In this document: piece after piece, positions 20,855 through 33,565 of the stretch
Position numbering within the stretch: the stretch's first letter is position 1
How the letters are laid out: every line of letters starts with the position of its first letter
Assembly: GCA_032718475.1 (NCBI GenBank)
Contig: JAUCBJ010007524.1
Span: forward strand, 1 to 64,000
Reading direction: 5' to 3'
Length of the DNA: 64,000 nucleotides
Source of the DNA: Nemertoderma westbladi
Lineage: Eukaryota; Animalia; Xenacoelomorpha
The notes under the pieces: generated by a model
Database searches by the model: none
What the model was told of the DNA's origin: nothing
The model's input: only the letters and a program-made list of their open reading frames with translations
Made by a program: the position numbers and the translations under genes

Positions 20855-21494
20855 TTAATTACTTTTAAAACACTAATTTCCTGTTGATACCTCTGCCTTT
20901 CATGAATTCTCTGTGCTCCTTTGGGTTGGGGTGGTGCAGATTAAGGGGGCGGTTGAAGCGAGGGAGGGAACTTTCCTCTCTTCTTTGTTTTATTCTTATT
21001 GGCGGTTTGGTTAAATTTCTTATTTATTTACTTAAATTTCTTAAGTACCGATTTTGGGATAGAATTGCTCAATTTATCTGTATCTGATAACTGAGCCTCG
21101 TCTTGCGCGAAGGCCCCAAGAACGTGTTGCTTATTATTTGTTGTATATTATATTGGTTTGTTACAGAAACACAATAAGTAACCTACTGCTACAGTACAGT
21201 TTGTTTTTTTTTAGATGTGTTACGGTTGGCATTTAAGTTTCATCTCTAATTCTTTCACAGGTTGTGATTCATTTGGGTGAGTTCCACCAGTCCACCATCC
21301 TTTATTGGACTCGAACTACTTGTTGTTCAGGCGAATGAGGTCGTATTTTCCTGTACCCAATACACCGTTAGCACGTAAAGTACTACTGAGTTTTGGGCAC
21401 ACCACCTTCAAAATTTTTATACTTCGTAGTTTTTGTTACTTTGTTTTTAAAAATGTTCTAGCACATATTTTCTGTTAATTTAGTTATGAAAATG

Positions 21495-22460
21495 GATGGG
21501 GCTGGTTTTGAGGATGGGGCTGGTCTTGGTGGGAGGGGCATTGGTTTTGGGGATGGGGCTAGTCTCGGTGGGAGGGACATTGGTTTTGGGGATGGGGCTG
21601 GTCTCGGTGGGAGGGACATTGGTTTTGGGGATGGAGCTGGTCTCGGTGGGAGGGACATTGGTTTTGGGGATGGAGCTGGTCTCGGTGGGAGGGACATTGG
21701 TTTTGGGGATGGGGCTAGTCTCGTTGGGAGGGACATTGGTTTTGGGGATGGAGCTGGTCTCGGTGGGAGGGACATTGGTTTTGGGGATGGGGCTAGTCTC
21801 GTTGGGAGGGGCATTGGTTTTGGGGATGGGGCTAGTCTCGGTGGGAGGGACATTGGTTTTGGGGATGGGGCTGGTCTCGGTGGGAGGGACATTGGTTTTG
21901 GGGATGGAGCTGGTCTCGGTGGGAGGGACATTGGTTTTGTGGATGGGGCTGGTCTTGGTGGGAGGGGCATTGGTTTTGGGGATGGGGCTAGTCTCGGTGG
22001 GAGGGACATTGGTTTTGTGGATGGGGCTGGTCTTGGTGGGAGGGGCATTGATTTTGGGGATGGGGCTAGTCTCGGTGGGAGGGACATTGGTTTTGGGGAT
22101 GGGGCTGGTCTCGGTGGGAGGGACATTGGTTTTGGGGATGGAGCTGGTCTCGGTGGGAGGGACATTGGTTTTGGGGATGGGGCTAGTCTCGGTGGGAGGG
22201 ACATTGGTTTTGGGGATGGGGCTAGTCTCGGTGGGAGGGACATTGGTTTTGGGGATGGGGCTAGTCTCGGTGGGAGGGACATTGGTTTTGGGGAATGGGG
22301 CTGGTCTCGGTGGGAGGGACATTGGTTTTGGGGATCGGGCTGGTCTCGGTGGAAAGGGCATTGGTTTTGGGGATGGGGCTGGTCTCGGTGGAAGGGGCAT
22401 TGGTTTTGGGTAATGGGGCTGGTCTCGGTGGGAGGGGCATTGGTTTTGGGGAATGGGGCA
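21495..22460. repeat. 39-bp G-rich minisatellite
   Basis: Unit CATTGGTTTTGGGGATGGGGCTGGTCTCGGTGGGAGGGA, about 25 copies. Confidence 0.95.
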
Positions 22461-24946
22461 TGCCACCAACCCACCTTTCCAATTTGAGCTGGAGGTCACT
22501 TTTTCAATTTCAATCAATGTGCGCCACTATCTGCCATATAAACACCATCCCACATTCCCATTACACCTCCCCACTACCCCACACTTTTCCTCGTCGTAGC
22601 GTACAGTATGTACATACGGATATGGGTACGGTGAATGCCTAAGGACGCTGAAAGTTATACCATCGTCGTCATACAATAAAGTAATAATGCAACTGGGGTG
22701 TGTGTACGGTATTTGGCTATATTGTACAGTACAAATAGCCTTCTACTGTATAAACAAAGATGGAGAATGACAATGGACTACCTACTGTAAGACTGCGCCT
22801 GTGGCGGAATTATAGATAATGAGGCCCGATATCTTCTTTACGGTGTCTTACACACGCTGTACACCCTTAGGCGGGTTACTAGCCTTAACCGCGAAGTGAA
22901 AACCGTGGAATGAGAAAGGTCAGAGGCCAACAATAAAGCAATAATACTCACATACAAATGTTGGAATAGGCTACGCACGATTGGCTAGACTATGCTAGTC
23001 AGAGGCGATCACAGCCACATGAGTCTTGTCACTTTGTTATCGCAAAGTGTTTTGGCAATGTTATCGATATTCATACTGTTTGTTTAATTTACAAATCTGA
23101 TGGGGTACCATAACCATAAATTTACTTCAAGACATTAAAGGAGAAAGATAATAACTGTGGAGGTTAATCTTTACGTATAAAGACCTCTAAAGGACTACTG
23201 TAAGTAAATATAATTTAATATTAAGTAAAACATGTGCGCTTAAAATTTTTTAAAATTCGCCCATATGTGAAGAATACCAGGATTTCACTTTTCGGTCGAC
23301 TTTAAATTGGAATTTTATCTATTAATATTTTTTTATTTTTTTCTATTTATCTTTATTAAGTGTTTTATAGCGCTTGTTTCTGTCTTATAACCTGTTCATA
23401 TACTAATTCGTTTATTGTTTTGGTTAGATTCAGCCCTTCTGTAACCTGTGTTTTTGGTGAAAACCTGGTATTCTTAACATGTGGCGTAACTGCAAAGTGA
23501 AATAAAACGGCAGAAAGTCTGAGTCATTCTTCACATGGGCCTTAAAAGTGGTATAAGTATCAGTATATAGTTGCTTTATAATTACTTGAAGAATTTCCTC
23601 CAAAGAGACTATCAAGTAAGTAAGTCTTAAGATCAGCTTCACCCAAACTTTCGATGTCGTTCCCTGATCGTATACTAGCCGTGACGCAGAATATTCCATG
23701 AGCTTGGTGCGGCCACTCTCCGAAGGCCTGTCGTCCATATGAAGTGAGTGCAACTTTGTTCTAATCACGAAACGAATCCAATACCTGTAATACATTCAGT
23801 CATTTAAACAGCGCACTTAGGATGATGCCAACTCTATAGTAAATGGAGCGGAAAAAATAGCCACCACCGGATAGGTCTAATTATAAGGACAATACTAAAA
23901 ATTGTATTGAGGACAACAGTCAAAAAGACCTACCAACAGTCTGAAAAACGCACCAACAGTCAGAAAACAGTTCCAGATAGTCTACCAACCCTGCAACCTG
24001 CCAACAGTCAAGGGCTTCAAAAAAATTCCGATTATCTAAATAGGATTCCTTAAATTCGAAATAGTGAAAATAATATCAGCAGAGCCATAACTAAGGAAAT
24101 TATGTCATTCTGTAGTACTGTATCTGTCTGTCTGTACTGCAGTAGCCAGTAGGCCTACTGGGCTGACAATCAGACAGTTGTTTAACACTGTATTCAGGTA
24201 TTACTGCTGTACTGCAGTACTGTTACTGTAGTACTGTTCTGTTACTGTATTATGGAATCCGGGAACGGCATGGACGTTCTTCTGATCGCAGTCCAAAAAA
24301 CCTGCCAACGCACAACGGACCCGTGTAGAAGTTCCAATTAACCCTTTCTGCCCTTTGGCAAACTCGAGTGGCAATCAATCGATATACTGTTTGAGACAAA
24401 TTCATTTTTTCCGCTCCATTTGCAGATTTGCTATTGATATCCTAAGTCCTGTTTAAATTACTTAATAATTTATACAATCTCATGGATGCTAAAACAGTAA
24501 ATATAAATAATATATAATATAATATATAATAATAATAAATAAATACATATAAACAATACGATTCGTTCTATCGTTTGCAGTACAGGTCATAACTGTTACT
24601 GTATTAGGATACAGATTGAATGCAGATGCAATGAATGGTTGGCGAATTCATTTTTTCCGCTCCATTTGCTATAGAGTTGGATCATCCCAAGTCCTGTTTA
24701 AATTACTTAATAATTTATACAATCTCACTCAATCTCATGGATGTTAAAACATATAAACAATACAGCAATAAGATTCGTTTGCAGTACAGTACAGGCTGAC
24801 AGGTCATAACTGCTACTGTATCAGTGTATTACGACTTACGAGGATACAGATTAAATCCATTCGTTAGGGCGGACTGTATCTAATGCAACCGTAAGGTAGC
24901 TTACCACCTATCTGCCTATAGCAAATCAATCGAAAAGATGCAGGAG

Positions 24947-25020
24947 TCTCCATGGTGTAGTGGTTAGCATACCTGAACGTTTATTGGGAGACGTGGGTTC
25001 GATCCCCGCTGGTGGCGAAT
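24947..25020 (+). mobile_element. tRNA-derived SINE-like head within a tandemly repeated ~0.25-0.37-kb unit
   Basis: A-box TGGTGTAGTGGT and B-box GGTTCGATCCC; flanking unit repeated at ~24400-25240 and resumes at 29539-29830. Confidence 0.65.
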
Positions 25021-25242
25021 TCATTTTTTCTGCTCCATTCTGCCATTTGCTATAGAGTTGGATCATCCTAAGTCCTGTTTAAATTACTTAATAATTTATA
25101 CAATCGCATGGATGTTAAAACATATAAACAATAAGGTTCGTTTGCAGTACAGGTACATGTCATAATCTTAACTGCTAACACTGTATTAGGCTGTTAGGAT
25201 ACAGATTAAATCCATCCGTTAGGGCGGACTGTATTCAGGTAT

Positions 25243-28200
25243 GGGTAATTCCATCCTAATTCGACAAATCGCGGTGGCATGGGGTCATCGATTTCGTTTA
25301 TTTTTGGATATATGGTCGGAAATGACACCTGATGAAATATTTCTGATGATGGTTGGATGGTGTCAGGGTGTAGGCATATTGGTTTTCGAGATATTGCAGT
25401 TCAAAGTTTGCGATTTATTCGAACATATCCCCAATGAAACCTACAGAAAATCTTTCTGACTAGTGGGTGGAGGTGGAGTGTCATTTTATATTTGTTGTAC
25501 ACATAAATAGGTCTCATACACATTAAATTGAAATACACAAAACCATGAATAAATACCACCCACTTGTCAGACCAACTTTTCTATGTGGGTGGAGGTGGAG
25601 TGTCATTTTATATTTGTTGTACACATAAATAGGTCTCATACACATTAAATTGAAATACACAAAACCATGAATAAATACCACCCACTTGTCAGACCAACTT
25701 TTCTATGTGGACAAAGATTGGACTTTTCGACAAATTTTGTCTTTTTGAGGCTTGAGTTAGAGTGGTCTGATTAGTGGGTAGCCCAAAACATTTAGTAAAT
25801 AGTTAGATATACCAAATGGGGGTTCTGTGGTACAATTTTCATGTACCACCAGCAAGTCAGACTTCCATACCCAGATACCATCATTTGGAAAATTGAAACT
25901 TTCCAAAATTGCCATACTTCGGAACATCACTGCAAGCGTCTGATAAAAGATGGGTGCTTGAAATGAATCATGAGTCAGTAACATGGATAAAGGAAACATG
26001 CATGACAAGTTTCGGATCCCACCCATGCCTTCTTCAGTATATATTATTCAATTTAAAAGTTCAATTTTCAAAATTAATCGTCAGATTAAATACTTTAGAA
26101 CCAAGGTCTGCTTACGGGGTTGCTCTCATAATCAGCACACATTAAGTATTTAAATGTTTTAGACACAATAAAGACTGTTTTTTCACCACCCACTTGTCAA
26201 ATATTTTATGTGTAATAAACAAGGGTAAATAATTTTAACATATTATTGACTAATTTCAATACCCAATGAGTTATATACCTTCTGATACTATTAATTATTA
26301 TATCATAATAGAAAGAAAAGCTGTTTGAAATTCATCTTATATAATTCCCTAATCCCGGCCAAGGGCAGCAGGGAATGGAACGTAATACAGTATGTTCATT
26401 ATGATGAAGCAAGTCGGTGATAATTAATATAGTTATTATGGTAGAAAAGATAATAGATCAATTATTGAGTATAGCAGTATTGTAGATCATGCAATTCCTT
26501 TATGAACAGTGATTGCAGACAAATTCTGCATCGTAATCGAAATTAACTGGAAGGCAGCTGGTGCATGACCAATATTTATCGCACACTACCCAAATCTGCT
26601 GATTTTTTTTGTATCACTGGCCCAAAGTTTTTAACACTTATAGCAGATATTATCATCCTCATCTGTCTGATCAGTAGGAACATCAATACAAGGGACAACA
26701 GCAACCTTGCGTTGAACTGCCTTTACTTTCTTCGCTGTAGAAGATGATAAAGTACGGCATTCCAGCTTCCCATCAGCAGTATTATCATATCTATGTTATG
26801 ACCGCGTCCCTGCTACACATGACACCACTTCTTGAAACCGGAGGCAGGGACGCGGTCATACCATAGATATGATATTACTGCTGATGGGAAGCTGAAGTGC
26901 CGTACTTTATCATCTTCTACAATGAAGAAAGTAAAGGCAGTTCACGCAAGGTTGATGTTGTCCCTTGTGTTGATATTCCTACTGATCAGACAGATGAGGA
27001 TGAGAATATCTGCTAACTGCTACAAGTGTAAAAAACTTTGGGCCAGTGATACAAAAAAAATCAGAAGATTTGGGTGGTGTGCAATGTGTGCGATAAATAT
27101 TGGTCAAGCACCAGCTGCCTGCCAGTTAATTTCGATCATTGCAATCACTGTTCATAAAGGAATTGCATGATCTACAATTTTGCTATACTCAATATTTGAT
27201 CTATTATCTTTTCTACCATAATACAGACTACAGTACACAGTACAAGCTACGATTTCGTCTAAGCCTATGGGAGCCCTATCAGAAAGAAATACTACAAAGT
27301 TGATGCTACCACCATCTCTTCTAAGTTTTCCATACAACAGGAAGGGTATTTTAAAACGGCTGGATAATAAAAGGGGATTAACTGATTAACGTGTTGGGGT
27401 CTCCACATAATAAGTACAACACACGTCATAAACCAATTGAGGCTGAGGGAAAGGAACAGGTTACAGAGGCAGGCTTTTCTAACTAAAACAATAATCGGCC
27501 AGGATCGGGAAGGAGCCCTATCACCACATACTACTAACTACAATCCAGCAATCGGCATGCTGCATTGCAGCTGCATTATAGGCCCTATTAAGAATGCTGT
27601 CCCATTGTCCCGGCTTGTTGACAAAAGTGAGCCTGCACAACTCCCTTATACTCTTACAGCCTTATCACCCATGACTTTTGCTAGATCATCCACATCTTCA
27701 AGGCCAGTGTCCTTTGAGACAGTAAGAAAGATGCGTCTCAAGAAAGTCATGGGCTGTCCACCATGCTTATTCACTCCATGAGGTGCACTGGCTGGTCCCC
27801 ATGGCGGAAGCAATGTCCTGCAAAGCGGAGGCGGCTTTGTTCTAGTGTCAAGCTTGGGGGAACTAATGAGACACCTCCAACTCCAATGTTATATAGTGTC
27901 TGGTTGGAGATGTGTGCATTGTACTTGACACAGTGAACCTAATCAAAACAATTAGTCAATTAACATTAACTCAATAACATAATAGGTTACAGTTTACAGT
28001 AGTCTTATTTTTGCCATACGAAAATACCACAGGTATGGGCGCTAGGTATGGGTATGAATGAACTATACAGCTATAACTCAACTACGGGTACCGCTACTGC
28101 GGTATTCACCGCTAAGGCAGTAAGGCTACTACCGCAAAGCCATACCACTACCGCAAAAAGTAACTACTGATGTCTGACTGTACGTGCTGACGTGTGCGAT

Positions 28201-29534
28201 CCCTGCTTATAACTGTATAATACTTATAATTATTAATTTGATCATTAAAATAATGTTGCATTGTAATTATGTAATATATATGTACTGATCAGCTGATACA
28301 GGATGCAGTTTTGATTGAAATACCGATACAGTATGGCAGCATGGTTACCTACACTTGGAGTTGTACTAAAGTCCAATATTGGACTTTGGAGTCCAAAATT
28401 GGACTTGAAGTCTAAAATTGGACTTGAAGTCCAATTTTTGACTTCTCACCGACTGTAATAACTAACTATATATATTAATAATCACTGACTTGCCTAATCA
28501 TAATGAACATACTGTAATACGTTCCATTCCCTGCTGCCCTTGGCCGGGATTAGGGAATTATATAGATGAATTTCAAACAGCTTTTCTTTCTATTATGATA
28601 TAATAATTAATAGTATCAGACTGTCAGAAGGTATACAACTCATTGGGTATTGAAATTAGTCAATAATATGTTAAAATTATTTAGGCCTACCTTTGTTTGT
28701 TACACATAAAATATCTGACAAGTGGGTGGTGAATAAAACAGCCTTTTATTGTGTCTAAAACATTTAAATACTTAATAATATGTGCTGGTTATGAGAGCAA
28801 CCTCATAAGCAGACCTTGGTTCTAAAGTATTTAATCTGACGATTAATTTTGAAAATTGAACTTTTAAATTGAATAATATATACTGAAGAAGGCATGGGTG
28901 GGATCTGAAACTTGTCATGCATGTTTCCCTTATCCATGTTACTACTCATGATTCATTTCAAGCACCCATCTTTTATCAAACGCTTGCAGTGATGTTCCGA
29001 AGTATGGCAATTTTTGAAAGTTTCAATTTTCCAGATGATGGTATTGGAGTCTGACTTGCTGGTGGTACATGAAAATTGTACCACAGAACCCCCCTTTGGT
29101 ATATCTAACTATTTACTAAATGTTTTGGGCTACTCACTAATCAGACCACTCTAATTCAAGGACTCAAGCCTCAAAAAGACAAAATTTGTCGAAAAGTCCA
29201 ATCTTTGGCCACATAGAAAAGTTGGTCTGACAAGTGGGTAGTATTTATTCATGGTTTTAATGTGTATGAGACATATTTATGTGTACAATAAACATAAAAT
29301 GACACTCCACCCACTAGTCAGAAAGATTTTCTGTGGGTTTCATTGGGCTGTTGGGGATATGTTCGAATTAATCGCAAACTTTGAACTGCAATATCTCGAA
29401 AACCAATACACACCATCATCAGAAATATTTCATCAGGTGTCATTTTATACCATTTCCGACCATATATCCAAAAATAAACGAAATCGATGACCGCATGCCA
29501 CCACCCGATTTGTCGAATTTGGATGGAATTACCC
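25243..29534. mobile_element. Non-autonomous foldback DNA transposon with very long TIRs (Sola2-like)
   Basis: GGGTAATTCCATCC...GGATGGAATTACCC termini, 4-bp TSD GTAT (25239-25242 / 29535-29538); arms of about 1.5 kb meet near 26833; right arm interrupted by 27224-28455. Confidence 0.8.
27640..27937 (-). mobile_element. 3' fragment of an RTE-clade LINE ORF
   Basis: Minus-strand translation HISNQTLY...SRLRFAGHCFR..QPV...KDTGL..M.D, with a stop; downstream UTR-like sequence recurs inverted at ~30330-30440. Confidence 0.6.
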
Positions 29535-29631
29535 GTATTCAATAGCAACCGTAAGGTAGCTTACCACCTACGTGAACGTGACCTATAGCAAATCAATCGG
29601 AAAGATGCAGGAGCCTCCGTCTGTCCGTGCA

Positions 29632-29702
29632 GCCGTGGTGTAGTGGTTAGCATACCTGAACGTTTATCGGAAGATGTGGCTTCGATCCCCGCTGGTGGCG
29701 AA
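29632..29702 (+). mobile_element. tRNA-derived SINE-like head (second copy)
   Basis: GTGGTGTAGTGGTTAGCATACC...GCTTCGATCCCCGCTGGTGGCG, near-identical to 24947-25020. Confidence 0.65.
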
Positions 29703-30536
29703 TTCATTATTTCAGCTCCATTTGCTATACCCTAGACAGATAGACTGGATAGAGTTGGATCATCCTAAGTCCTGTTTAAATTACCGGTACTTAATAATTT
29801 ATACAATCTCATGGATGTTAAAACATAAACATTTATTTAATAATTAAATTAATAATTGCTAACCTTTATTTACCACTATCTCAATGACACTGACAGACTG
29901 CAGCAAGCATAAGCTACTGCCAGACTGCCTGACAGACAAATGCGAAACACCACGCGACCACGGTACTGTAATGATAGGCCAACAGCTACAGACTGACAGA
30001 GACTCAACGATGACACCAATGATTTGACAATAATTTCATATTTCCTCTGGTCTGGACCAATCAGGAAACAGTATTCGCCTACGCGTATGTCAAATCACTC
30101 TACGTGCTCAATGTAATGTATAGATATGTGGATCTGGATACATACGACATACGTGGAAAAGTTTGACCCGCGAACAACAGGCTAATGGTGTACCGGGGTG
30201 CCAATGTCATGCTGTAGGCCTACTGTATTGCATTTGTAGGTAGGGGTACCCAAAATTTGACTGTACCAACTGATCAAAGTCCACACTCCCCTAACAGCCT
30301 AACTGCCTAACTAGTTGTGGTGGTGCAATTTTATTGACAAGCCGGCACAGCATTCTTAAAAATGCAGCTGCAATGCAGCATGCCGATCCTAGTAGTAGTA
30401 GTAGTACCTAAACCTAAGCTACAGAGCTACCTTTCAGCCTTTTACGCAGTTATTATACTGCTGTAGCTGAGTAGTGTAGTACCTGCCTACCGATACGTAC
30501 GTATGTACATAACATATTACATACAGCGATACAGGT

Positions 30537-30717
30537 ATGACAACAATGGCTTCAAAGGATGATGACATGAAAAATTTGCTTTATGAAAATTATCGGCGCG
30601 ATTATCCAGATATACCAGCAGAATATGTGTACAATACTGTCGAAAGGTACTTCAAAAATATTGATAAGTGTACCAGCTTGATTCAACAACGTGATCATAG
30701 TCGACTTGATGTTTTAA
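30537..30717 (+). CDS. TAB2: TAB2/3-like gene, coding exon 1 (CUE domain)
   Basis: LYENYRRDYPDIPAEYV...NIDKC CUE-like motif; donor GTGAGT at 30718, phase 1 matches the next exon. Confidence 0.75.
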
Positions 30718-31269
30718 GTGAGTTAAAATTTTATATACTTCCAGTAGTGCAGTAGTGCTGTAGTGTTTAAGCGGGATCCCGGCGAAAAATGTAATCCCGG
30801 TCCTGATCCCGACTTTTGGAACGGGATCTCTTTGTAAAAAATGTACGGTATTTGTTTAGTATCCGCGATAAATGGTTGCACCAGAACAGAAATGTAATAT
30901 CAGTAATTATAACGAATTTGAATGCCAGTAAGCAATCCAGTCATATCAGTCTGCCAATTGGGTAATCAATTGGGCATTGTGGCAAATCCGTACCAGTGGA
31001 TATAATTTTTTTGCTCGAAAACAGGTCTCTCTGGGAAAACTTTTTGGGAGAACTTTTTTTCAAAATTCAGTTGCTGGCCTGTCTCCGTGGGAAAACACTC
31101 TGACTGTCTGATATTTTCGGGAAAATTTTTTTAGTGTCCTTTACATGTTACATTGTTAACATGGATAACATTTGAAAACATGGAATACCGGAATATAATA
31201 TCCTTTGAATGTAGACTAACTAACTAATATTGCCTTTCCCACGCCATTTGTTATATTTTCTTATTGTAG

Positions 31270-32029
31270 ACGACCGACTACAGCCACAGGATGTGTGTAC
31301 TTATACTCCATCTCCACCCCCACGTATTCGATATCGTTACGGGGACCCTCTACCAATTCCTGGTGTCGACCCTCAACCACCCCGACCCCCGGTCGGCCAT
31401 TCCATATCACACGGGGGTTGGGACGCCCCAACTGACCACAGAGTCGTACACAAGAGCGTCACAGCTCCCTGTATAATTAGCCTGACAGAGGAGGTTGCTG
31501 GGCCTGCAACAACACTGAGAGACACAACAACAGTGCCGTTATCTATACCGAGACGGCGGGTCGACACATATCCGCCTACGGAGGATACTACACATACACC
31601 ACCGGACGCACAGTACGGCGCATACATCCCAAGCAATCAGCACACGGGATACAGTTCCACGGCCAATCAGAACGACCAATCAGGCTACAGTTCTCCGATC
31701 CCAGGATTCGGCTCTCCGACATCCGTCCGGGAATTGTTCCCGGTGCTTCCGGCCACGTCGCGTTCGGGTTCGGTTACTCCTATTGCCCCCGGAAGTCCTC
31801 GCTCCTCCGATCGACATCCTCGCTACCAGCCCAACACTCCATCCCCACTCAGCGACCAACGTCGGAACCCATTGACTAATCACCGCATGGGGGAAGTGTT
31901 TCTGGATCGCAAACAGACGGTAAACCAGTTACCCGCTCTGAACGACGCAGGTGAACCAGGTGGAGATCGCTCAACCGATTTGACCAGATCTCAATCCGAT
32001 CCACAAACTATTAATAGAGTCAATTACAG
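31270..32029 (+). CDS. TAB2: TAB2/3-like gene, coding exon 2 (Pro/Ser-rich)
   Basis: Acceptor TTGTAG ending 31269, open frame, donor GTTTGT at 32030 (phase 2). Confidence 0.75.
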
Positions 32030-32499
32030 GTTTGTAACCTACCAAATATTTACTATGTTTTGGTACAGACTCAGATAGTGTGTACAATTCATTGTGATTT
32101 AGGCCGTTATGATAAAATAAACATTTGAGAGATGTGATTTATCTAAACGGCTTATCTGTAGTTTGTTTGTATGTTTACAGAATAGCCCATCGAGTTCCGT
32201 ATTGAACGAGTTTCGTATAACCCCATTTTTCTCAAGCATTGTAGGGACACTGCCACCTGTCCACCACTTCCTCTGCCTCAAAATATCAATGCGATCTTAT
32301 AACTTTAAAAATCATATCCTGTAGAAGATTTACTAAATTAGTACCCTTAATAATTATCCTAAACTGCAGTTTGTTTATGGTAAAAATACAAACACAAAGA
32401 AAAGAGATGGAAGATTACAGAACGAACAACAAATCCAACTTCAAAAGCAATACCGTTCGTTGTCTTATAGTGTCGCGTTGTTTTAAACGAAACAGAATG

Positions 32500-33565
32500 A
32501 TAATATTCCAATTAAACTTATAATGTTAGCATCTAAACCTATTTCTATGCATCTCAATTATCTAATAAATCTCTCAATCTCCCTAGGCTTCTTTCCAGAC
32601 TCACTTAAAATCGCATACACGAAATGGCCATATGATAAAAGGAATTTGTTTTACTTAGAATCGTGGCTTAGACCCTTACAACACCAATATAACTCGATTT
32701 TAGTATGTATTCGACGCGAACGACATCTTTCAAACTCGCTTCCTATTTAAACTATATATTAATGACCTACCTAAATGTACTAACCTACTAACCACTCTCT
32801 TTGCCGACGATACGACTCTCTTACAATCAGCAAGCAATATAATAAACCTATTTTCTGATACTAATATAGAATTGAGCAAGCTGTCTGATTGGTTAATTGA
32901 CAATCGTCTCTCACTAAATCTCTCCAAAACAGAATATTATACTATCTTCACGAACGCCCTACAGAATTTGGACAATTTACCTAGAATAAAAATAAATTAC
33001 AATAACGTCAAAAAATCACAATGTACCAAATTCTTAGGCATCTACGTAGACAACAAACTCTCATGGCAACCCCACATAAAATATATCACTAAGATTTCTA
33101 GAACTATATATAGAACCTATAGATATATATATTCTAGAACCTATATATAGGTTGCGCCATATTTTTCCAATGAATATTCTACTTCAACTGTACTTCACTC
33201 TGATCTACCCCTATTGCCCTATTTATCCTATGGACTAATTTTATGGGGGGAGTACCTACTCTACAATACTGAAACCGCTCCGTACTAAAGTAAATAAAAT
33301 AATGCATAACATTCTCTCATTATCAAGCCTCTTCAAATCCAATATACAAATCACTTTCCATCCTACCTCTTGATCTATTATACAATCATCAACTATCCCT
33401 CTTCATGTATGATATAAATAACTCTCTATCCGAAACTACTGATATAAGAAATTTCTTTAGAAAAACTGAAACAATTCACTGAAACAACTAACCCGCTCTT
33501 CTACACGTTATTCATTACATTCAAACTGCCCGACTTACGTCTACCCAACAATCCGTTAGCTGATG
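32500..33565 (+). mobile_element. Decayed L2/CR1-type LINE RT fragment (continues ~35055-35220)
   Basis: NDLP...LFADDTTL; WLIDNRLSLNLSKTEY; KFLGIYVDNKLSW; frameshifts and stops; lies in intron 2 of the TAB2-like gene. Confidence 0.8.

Noticed and set aside
21458-22517. Pro-rich/Gly-rich ORFs (extensin- or mucin-like)
   Set aside because: Open on both strands and in several frames only because of a 39-bp repeat; no unique coding flanks.
24947-25020. Functional tRNA genes (also 29632-29702 and 34339-34411)
   Set aside because: A/B boxes are present but acceptor and anticodon stems pair poorly, and the copies are embedded in repeats.
26565-27170. Short ORFs at the centre of the foldback element
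   Set aside because: They fall within the two arms of the palindrome; no transposase motifs seen.
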